Assembly (NCBI GenBank): GCA_964016885.1
Contig: CAXHJY010001369.1
Span: forward strand, 1 to 20,220
Length of the DNA stretch: 20,220 bases
Direction of reading: 5' to 3'
Source of the DNA: Eledone cirrhosa
Lineage: Eukaryota
Position 1 is the first letter of the stretch. Each line of letters starts with the position of its first letter. Positions 1-16,392 of the stretch are shown one piece after another. The position numbers were made by a program, and so were the translations under genes. The notes under the pieces were generated by a model, which was not told the origin of the DNA, did not search any database, and saw only the letters and a program-made list of their open reading frames with translations.

Positions 1-989
<989 letters not shown>

Positions 990-1195
990 TTAAGGGTACT
1001 ATTTATGGTTATGTATGCAATAAAAACTTTGATGGTAATATATTATATATACACAAACCCTAAATAGTGAGAGATAGTCTTTAATTACTATCCTATTACC
1101 AGTAAGATAAATAGCTCAATGTAATAACATCAGTTGTTATACAGAGCAGTTATATCGAGATTACAGTAATCAAAGTTCAGTTTAAGTCATTTATT

Positions 1196-1242
1196 TGCTT
1201 ACAATTGTTTCCTCCAAACCGAGGTTTGGATTCTTCGGAGCA
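1196..1242 (-). ncRNA. Minimal type I hammerhead ribozyme motif (left-arm copy)
   Basis: Exact reverse complement of the 1967-2013 motif. Confidence 0.75.
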
Positions 1243-1966
1243 GTTATTTATAACATACTTAACCTCCTCTTCAACCCAAGAGACACATAAAACATATGCG
1301 CATATTGATCAACAGTGGGGTGACATTCATCAAATGAAATAGCATGGCAATTTACATATAAAGTGTTACATGATAAAAATAAAATAAAATAAAAGCAAGA
1401 GTGAAAATCAAGATACACATGAAGCGTTGGCAGTCTATGAAGATAAAGCAAGAGGAAAGTTTAGAGTAGTCAGTGCATGAAGCAATCTCCCGTGTAGCAT
1501 GCACGCTTGTCTCATCTATACATGATTAGAGTGCGTCAGAATGATATTTGCAGGGTCATGCAGTTGAAGCAGGCAATTGATCTTATAATATAGGCTGAAT
1601 TATTAAGTCAATTGCCTGCTTCAACTGCATGACCCTGCAAATATCATTCTGAAGCACTCTAATCATGTATAGATGAGACAAGCGTGCATGCTACACGGGA
1701 GATTGCTTCATGCACTGACTACTCTAAACTTTCCTCTTGCTTTATCTTCATAGACTGCCAACGCTTCATGTTTATCTTTATTTTCACTCTTGCTTTTATT
1801 TTATTTTATTTTTATCATGTAACACTTTATTTTTATCATGTAACACTTTATATGTAAATTGCCATGCTATTTCATTTGATGAATGTCACCCCACTGTTGA
1901 TCAATATGCGCATATGTTTTATGTGTCTCTTGGGTTGAAAAGAAGGTTAAGTATGTTATAAATAAA

Positions 1967-2013
1967 TGCTCCGAAGAATCCAAACCTCGGTTTGGAGGAA
2001 ACAATTGTAAGCA
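1967..2013 (+). ncRNA. Minimal type I hammerhead ribozyme motif (right-arm copy)
   Basis: TGCT-CCGAAGA-A-TCCAAAC-CTCG-GTTTGGA-G-GAAA-CAATTG-TA-AGCA. Stem I TGCT/AGCA; core CCGAAGA (U4->C variant of CUGANGA); 7-bp stem II; GAAA; palindromic stem III ACAATTGT; cleavage triplet GUA (2007-2009). Confidence 0.75.
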
Positions 2014-2052
2014 AATAAATGACTTAAACTGAACTTTGATTACTGTAATCTC

Positions 2053-3650
<1,598 letters not shown>

Positions 3651-3875
3651 ATAACTTTGAATAACTTTGAATAACTTTGAAAGTTTTTGGCCAGAATTGG
3701 CCCAGGCCATGTCTAACTTAATAGCACCACCTGGCGAAGTCTTTCAATTCAGGATTTGGGCACCATGGCCCATTCGAGAAGAGAATTACTGTTTGCGGAG
3801 ACATATCCGGGTGTGGGTGGTTTGTCCGGGATTACTTGGAGGAATTGGTCCAAAGACTTCTTGAATTTTGTGTGG
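3651..3875 (-). mobile_element. 5'-truncated non-LTR retrotransposon 3' end (ORF2 C-terminus, short 3' UTR, tandem-repeat tail)
   Basis: The minus strand encodes [41 protein letters not shown] (stop 3749-3751), resembling the FKxxLDxFLxxIPDxPxxPGY...NSL C-terminal motif of invertebrate LINE RTs. It is followed by a ~70-nt UTR and (TCAAAGTTAT)x3 at 3651-3680. Clade not assigned. Confidence 0.75.
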
Positions 3876-6532
<2,657 letters not shown>

Positions 6533-6536
6533 TATA

Positions 6537-6598
<62 letters not shown>

Positions 6599-6609
6599 CA
6601 TATATAAAC

Positions 6610-6644
<35 letters not shown>

Positions 6645-6655
6645 CATATATAAAC

Positions 6656-6706
<51 letters not shown>

Positions 6707-6717
6707 CATATATAAAC

Positions 6718-6816
<99 letters not shown>

Positions 6817-7108
6817 CATACATATATATATATATATACATACATATATATATATATACATACATATATATATATATATACATACATATATATATATATA
6901 CATACATATATATATATATACATACATATATATATATATACATACATATATATATATACATACATATATATATATATACATACATATATATATATATACA
7001 TACATATATATATATATACATACATATATATATATACATACATATATATATATATACATTACATATATATATATACATACATATATATATATACATACAT
7101 ATATATAT

Positions 7109-7141
<33 letters not shown>

Positions 7142-7230
7142 CATACATATATATATATATATACATACATATATACATAGATACATATATATATACATAC
7201 ATACATATATACATACATACATATATACAT
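6533..7230. repeat. Degenerate (TA)n/TACATACA microsatellite
   Basis: Directly visible. Confidence 0.98.
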
Positions 7231-7835
7231 GGTGGCTGCCAACTCGTTTTCGAGTACGGCCACTACTTTATATCCATGTAGGAGAACCCCTACTGATGCG
7301 CTGAACGAGTGTGACTTTTTAGTCCAGCCAGCGACTTGAAAACTCTGGTACAAAGACTACACTTGTGACAATTATTGACACATAGTGTTGGGCCCATGGT
7401 ACCATGTGACGACAAGTGCAGAGAGATCTCCAGATATAAAGCAATGCCTGTGCCATGAAGCTTTTATAGTGAGCAAAGGCACTGCACAAAGCCAGTCCCA
7501 CTCTCTTAACCAAGATGATATTTACCAAAAAGAAGAACAAGTCAACATCATTGGATACCATCAGGGTTGCAGGTGTTATATCAGAGTTTTCCTTCTCCTA
7601 GAATTCTGCCTTGACAAAGGCTAAGGGGTCATCTCTCCCGGTGATTTTGGATGGCCATTGACTCTTGAGAGCTCCTTTGCCTTTTGACAGGTTTTGTTTT
7701 TAGTCCTGCAGGATGTCCAAAGTCACCCTCCTCACCAAGAAACCTTGGTGGGGTTGCCAGTTTAGTCGCCAACGACCCGACCATGAGACAGGTGTACTGG
7801 GATACATGGTTACCAGTAGCACCAACTGGTGACCT

Positions 7836-7837
<2 letters not shown>
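7231..7837 (-). mobile_element. 5' leader/UTR of an RTE-clade LINE, or a non-autonomous derivative
   Basis: The minus strand contains CTAGGAGAAGGAAAACTCTGA (7581-7601) and GAGAGTGGGACTGGC, motifs I recognise from RTE 5' regions. The 5' end (7733-7837) is highly structured. No RT coding sequence. Confidence 0.6.
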
Positions 7838-11525
<3,688 letters not shown>

Positions 11526-11835
11526 TCTTTAAGGCTATATTTAGAGTGACAAAGGCAGAAAGAATTCTATGATCAAGTTCAGATTGGAGTGCCACTCCTT
11601 ATTTTTAACTTTCTCTTAAGCTAACAATGCCTATATTTCAGGTGTCTACAAGATGGGTGGAGGTCATTGGTTGATGGGTTTAAAGAAAAAAAAGGGAATT
11701 CTTTAAAAGCTAAATCTTTAAAGCTGTACTTAGTGTGACAAAGGCAGAAAGAATTCTATAAACAAGTTCAGATTTGGGGTGCCACTCCTTATTGTTAAGT
11801 TTCTCTTAAGTTATATTTCAGGTGTCTACAAGCAT

Positions 11836-11838
<3 letters not shown>

Positions 11839-11871
<33 letters not shown>

Positions 11872-11893
11872 ACACACACATACACACACACAC
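11839..11893. repeat. (CA)n microsatellite
   Basis: Directly visible. Confidence 0.97.
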
Positions 11894-12320
11894 GTCCTGT
11901 AGAAGCTTTTCTATATTAAAGATTTATACTCTGCTACGTATTGAGTACCTTACAGAAATGATGAAAATAGCATTTTCTAAAAGTAGCAAAACAATTGGTG
12001 CTTTGGATAGGGTCAAATAGAAGTCGCTAGACATGCTCAACCAACCGTGATGCCTAAACCAATCAGCTTTAGTAATCCAGTGAAACTATACACCGATTGG
12101 TCGAAATACAGTTTGCAAACTTAGCATTCTGTAGCCGCTTTTCACTGTATATAAGGCACAAAATTTACCCATCTCATTACAGTTGAAAATTGCAAACTTG
12201 ACTGTCACCACAGAATATGAACCTGAAGATTGCGAAAGCATGAAAGTACTTGTTCAATTAACACTTAACATTTAATATTCTACCATTAGTGTTTCATTAT
12301 AATATCATTATAATTTTAAA
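11894..12320 (+). mobile_element. Penelope-like pseudo-LTR (third family); boundaries approximate
   Basis: CCAAT (12059-12063), inverted CCAAT (12096-12100), TATATAA (12148-12154), then an intact minimal hammerhead and an AT-rich tail. Confidence 0.6.
12218..12256 (+). ncRNA. Minimal type I hammerhead ribozyme motif
   Basis: TGAAC-CTGAAGA-T-TGC-GAAA-GCA-T-GAAA-GTAC-TT-GTTCA. 5-bp stem I TGAAC/GTTCA; canonical CUGAAGA; stem II TGC/GCA with GAAA loop; palindromic stem III AGTACT; cleavage triplet CUU (12249-12251). Confidence 0.82.
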
Positions 12321-12368
12321 GGATTGTAAATAAAACGAGTAAATCAGACAAAGTTGAAATTCCTTTTA

Positions 12369-12371
<3 letters not shown>

Positions 12372-12406
<35 letters not shown>

Positions 12407-12541
12407 GGGGAGGCGGGGGCAGAGAATTGGATAGATCGATCGATAAATAGATATGTAGATAGCTGAATATTTGGATAAATAAACAGATAGATGAATATAT
12501 TCACCGATCTCTCTCTCTCTCTTTCACACACACACACACAC

Positions 12542-12610
<69 letters not shown>

Positions 12611-12780
12611 AGTGTGGTACACACACACATATATATATGTGTGTGTGTGTGTGTACCACACCAATTCTCTCTCTTATAACAAGTCGCATGTAAGACCTTA
12701 TACTCACTCACACACACAAACACACACACACACACACATACACACACACACACATGTATGTATTTTTATATATTTATATA
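12372..12780. repeat. Compound simple repeats (TA, GATA-like, CT, CA, GA, GT) including a palindrome at 12599-12674
   Basis: Directly visible. Confidence 0.93.
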
Positions 12781-12825
12781 CAGGGTGTCCTCCCCCAAAA
12801 TGTATACACACTTCAACAGCTTTCT
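12781..12825 (+). mobile_element. Possible solitary Tc1/mariner-type terminal inverted repeat
   Basis: TA|CAGGGTGTCC...CAAAATGTATACACAC resembles common Tc1/mariner MITE termini after a TA target. No partner end (GGACACCCTG) was seen in the window. Confidence 0.45.
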
Positions 12826-12863
12826 AATAAATATTGCCAGTACAGGTAATCAAAGTGTATATG

Positions 12864-12990
12864 GTAATAACAGTTTTACCATGTAACAATGTTTTACAAT
12901 GTATTAACTGTTTACCAGGTAATAGCAGTTTTACCATACAATAACTGTTTTAACATGTAATAGTTTCACCATGTAATTACAGTTTTGCCA
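12864..12990. repeat. Diverged ~19-bp tandem repeat (GTAATAACAGTTTTACCAT-like), about 7 copies
   Basis: Recurrent GTAATAACAGTTTTACCAT variants leading directly into the 37-bp array. Confidence 0.8.
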
Positions 12991-14367
12991 TGTAATAACA
13001 GTTTTATCATGCAGTGTTATTACAATGTGTAATAACAGTTTTATCATGCAGTGTTATTACAATGTGTAATAACAGTTTTATCATGCAGTGTTATTACAAT
13101 GTGTAATAACAGTTTTATCACAATGTGTAATAACAATTTTAACATGCTGTGTTATTACAATGTGTAATAACAGTTTTATCATTCTGTGTTATTACAATGT
13201 GTACTAACAGTTTTATCATGCTGTCTTATTACGATGTGTAATACCAGTTTTATCATGAAGTGTTATTACAATGTGTAATAACAGTTTTATCATGCAGTGT
13301 TATTACAATGTGTAATAACAGTTTTATCATGCAGTGTTATTACAGTATGTAATAAGAGTGTTATCATGCATGTTATTACAATGTGTAATAACAGTTTTAT
13401 CATGCAGTTTTATTACAATGAGTAATAACAGTTTTATCATGCAGTGTTATTACAATGTGTAATAATAGTTTATCATGCTGTTTTATTACAATGTGTAATA
13501 CCAGTTTTATCATGAAGTGTTATTACAATGTGTAATAACAGTTTTATCATGCAGTGTTATTACAATGTGTAATAATAGTTTTATCACAATGTGTAATAAC
13601 AATTTTAACATGCTGTGTTATTACAATGTGTAATAACAGTTTTATCATGCAGTGTTATTACAGTATGTAATAAGAGTGTTATCATGCATGTTATTACAAT
13701 GTGTAATAACAGTTTTATCATGCAGTGTTATTACAATGAATAATAACAGTTTTATCATGCAGAGTTATTACAATGTGTAATAACAGTTTTATCATGCAGT
13801 GTTACTACAATGTGTAATAATTTTATCATGCAGTGTTATTACAATGTGTAATAACAGTTTTATCATGCAGTGTTATTACAATGTGTAATAACAGTTTTAT
13901 CATGCTGTGTTATTACAATGTGTAATACCAGTTTTATCATGAAGTGTTATTACAATGTGTAATAACAGTTTTATCATGCAGTGTTATTACAATGTATAAT
14001 AACAGTTTTATCATGCAGTGTTATTACAATGTGAAATAACAGTTTTATCATGTAGTGTTATTACAATGTGTAATAATAGTTTTATCATGCAGTGTTATTA
14101 CAATGTGTAATAACAATTTTATCATGCTGTGTTATTACAATGTGTAATAGCAGTTTTATCATGCAGTGTTATTACAATGTGTAATAACAGTTTTATCATG
14201 CAATTTTATTACAATGTGTAATAACAGTTTTATCATGCAGTGTTATTACAATGTGTAATAATTTTATGATGCAGTGTTATTACAGTAGGTAATAACAGTT
14301 TTATCATGCAGTGTTATTACAGTATGTAATAACAGTTTTATCATGCAGTGTTATTACAATATGTAAT
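12991..14367. repeat. 37-bp tandem satellite, about 37 copies (TGTAATAACAGTTTTATCATGCAGTGTTATTACAATG)
   Basis: Period 37 (AATAACAGTT at 13031 and 13068); no spacers between units. Confidence 0.97.
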
Positions 14368-14551
14368 TGTTTCTACTTTAGGCACAAGACCAGCAATTAC
14401 CCAGTGCATTACTGGTACTTTATTTTATCGACCGCGCAAGGATGAAAGACAAAGTCATCCGCGGCGGGATTGAACTCAGATCGTAAAGGGACGTAACTAT
14501 GCTGGAAAGCATGGCGTCCGACCCTCTACCGATACTGCCAATCCACCGCCC
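14368..14551 (-). mobile_element. tRNA-derived SINE (octopus OK/OR-like) with 13-bp TSD
   Basis: Minus strand has A box TGGCAGTATCGG (14529-14540), B box GAGTTCAATCC (14467-14477) and a body CTTTCATCCTT...GGTCGATAAAATAAAGTACCAG. TSD TACAATATGTAAT at 14355-14367 and 14552-14564. Confidence 0.9.
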
Positions 14552-14870
14552 TACAATATGTAATATGTAATAACAGTTTGGCTGTCAGTTACAAGCAACA
14601 ATATTTCATTGCGCCAGAATTTCTGCATCTCTCTTTATTTTAAGCTGCAACAAGATTTTCAATCTACATTTTACAGCAACAGTCTTTTTGTATGCATTTG
14701 CAATTTAGCTTCCAACAAAGGTCTAGATAACAACAGAAGTCTGTGTAGCAACGACAGGCAAGTCAACATTGCCTAGGGCCATTCCAGACACGTAGATCAT
14801 GTGAAAATATGTAATCTCTTCCAAACATTTGTCTTATGAATAAAATATTTGCAGGTCTTCATTTTTCGAC

Positions 14871-14927
14871 TTGAAGGCAGTGCTCTAGCGTGGCCGCAGT
14901 CTAATGACTGAAACCAGTAAGAGAAGA
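14871..14927 (+). mobile_element. 3' tail fragment of another octopus-type SINE/LINE
   Basis: AAGGCAGTGCTCTAGCGTGGCCGCAGTCTAATGACTGAAACCAGTAA resembles a common octopus SINE 3' end, with terminal hairpin CAGTC-TAAT-GACTG. Recognition from memory. Confidence 0.6.
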
Positions 14928-15004
14928 TTATATACACCGACATATATACTAACACACATACACTTACACACACACACACACACACACATACATATATATA
15001 TATT

Positions 15005-15699
15005 AACGTCGGCGGGATTTGAACTCAGACCGTAAAGGGACGTAACTATGCTAGAAAGCATGGCGTCTGACGCTCTACTGGTTCTGCCAATCCATCGCCT
15101 TTTTATATAATTGTTTCTACTTTAGGCACAAGGCCAGCAATTACCCAGTTCATTACTGGTACTTTATTTTATCGACCCCGTAGGGATGAAAGGCAAAGTT
15201 AACCTCGGCGGGATTTGAACTTAGATCGTAAAGAGACGTAACTATGCTGGAAAGCATGGCGTCTGACGCTCTACCGGTTCTGCCAATCCATCGCCTTTTT
15301 ATATAATTGTTTCTACTTTAGGCACAAGGCCAGCAATTACCCAGTTCATTACTGGTACTTTATTTTATCGACCCCGTAAGGATGAAAGGCAAAGTCAACC
15401 TCGGCGGGATTTGAACTTAGATCGTAAAGAGACGTAACTATGCTGGAAAGCATGGCGTCTGACGCTCTACCGGTTCTGCCAATCCATCGCCTTTTTATAT
15501 AATTGTTTCTACTTTAGGCACAAGGCCAGCAATTACCCAGTTCATTACTGGTACTTTATTTTATCGACCCCGTAAGGATGAAAGGCAAAGTCAACCTCGG
15601 CGGGATTTGAACTTAGATCGTAAAGAGACGTAACTATGCTGGAAAGCATGGCGTCTGACGCTCTACCGGTTCTGCCAATCCATCGCCTTTTTATATAAT
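15005..15699 (-). mobile_element. Tandem array of 3.5 copies of the same tRNA-derived SINE, period 196 bp
   Basis: TTGTTTCTAC at 15111, 15307 and 15503. Each unit has A/B boxes; units are joined by TTTTTATATAAT. Confidence 0.93.
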
Positions 15700-16020
15700 A
15701 TGCTTCGATCTGACATAATTGACACTTCTTAAAGTTGTAAGATGTTGCTCTGTCGATTATACTCCATTGGGTTGTGTAGTTAGTGTGAGATTCTCTTAGT
15801 TCGGTGATATAGTTTGCGAGAGAGGTTGAGAATTTGAGCTTTCTATTCTTAAACGAGTGGAGATGGATTCTAAATCTTGTCTTGAATTCATTGGAAGTGG
15901 CCCCTATGTAGGATTATTGTCAGTAGTTACTGTGCATATAACATTAATAATCAGGCATTGACCCTGGAGCAGACAGTTGTTAGGGGTTCTACAGTTGCAA
16001 TTTTTGTTGATGCTATTTCT
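15692..16020 (-). pseudogene. Penelope-like element GIY-YIG endonuclease fragment, frameshifted
   Basis: Manual minus-strand translation: RNSINKNCNCRTPNNCLLQGQCLIINVICTVTTDNN, frameshift near 15910, then YIGATSNEFKTRFRIHLHSFKNRKLKFSTSLANYITELRESHTNYTTQWSIIDRATSYNFKKCQLCQIEAYYI. This matches the CNCR..C..GxC / YIG / FKxR..H..SF / STxL / W.I / CxLC..E pattern of PLE endonucleases. Confidence 0.9.
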
Positions 16021-16045
16021 AGCGTGGGGGAGCCGGTACTATCAC

Positions 16046-16164
16046 TATTATTATTATTGTTGTTATTATTATTATGATTATTATTACTACTACTACAACC
16101 ATGATGATGGTAATTGCTATAACCACTACCATTGTCATCATCATCATCATTATTATTATTATTT

Positions 16165-16200
<36 letters not shown>
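16046..16200. repeat. Compound trinucleotide repeats (ATT, ACT, CAT)
   Basis: Directly visible. Confidence 0.95.
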
Positions 16201-16251
16201 GCAGCAAAGAGTTGCGGCCCTTTATGATCTGAGTTAAAATCCCCCCCCCCC

Positions 16252-16298
<47 letters not shown>

Positions 16299-16392
16299 AA
16301 ATATACATATAAATACACACATACATACATCTCGATACCTTTTATTGTTGTAATTGTTTTAGTTGTTGTATAGCGACCAGGCTGAAGCCCAT

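Larger units (their letters stand above)
1157..2052. repeat. Long inverted repeat: arms 1157-1580 and 1608-2052, 27-bp spacer
   Basis: GAGATTACAGTAATCAAAG... (1157) is the reverse complement of ...CTTTGATTACTGTAATCTC (2052); inner ends are GGCAATTGA (1580) and TCAATTGCC (1608). I count about 6 substitutions plus a 21-bp tandem duplication (TTTATTTTTATCATGTAACAC) only in the right arm, which accounts for 424 vs 445 bp. Confidence 0.97.
1157..2052. mobile_element. Head-to-head pair of Penelope-like element pseudo-LTRs
   Basis: Each arm, read outward from the centre, has TATAAATA (1957-1964), a minimal hammerhead with palindromic stem III, then AATAAA (2014-2019). Minimal hammerheads and inverted pLTR copies are established hallmarks of Penelope-like elements. 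No RT or EN coding sequence was recognised here. Confidence 0.65.

Noticed and set aside
1248-1961. Twin 67/74-aa ORFs MLYLHRLPTLHV...
   Set aside because: They mirror each other only because of the inverted repeat, start at TTG, and show no recognisable domain.
1157-2052. Palindrome as a simple read fold-back artefact
   Set aside because: The arms differ by several substitutions and a clean 21-bp duplication, and the flanks are not mirrored. An artefact is less likely but not excluded without reads.
7293-7320. CTGATG as a hammerhead core
   Set aside because: It reads CTGATGC and is not followed by stem II plus GAAA.
11894-11940. VEAF/YIK as a PLE endonuclease C-terminus
   Set aside because: It needs a frameshift and is too short to support on its own.
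12991-14367. CRISPR array (37-bp palindromic repeat)
   Set aside because: Units are directly adjacent with no unique spacers, no cas genes, and a eukaryotic context.
14460-15690. tRNA genes
   Set aside because: The A/B boxes belong to SINE heads: extended spacing, no clean cloverleaf, and a SINE body and tail attached.
15951-16322. 123-aa and 86-aa ORFs with homopolymer runs
   Set aside because: They are translations of trinucleotide repeats. The real coding signal is the PLE endonuclease in other frames.
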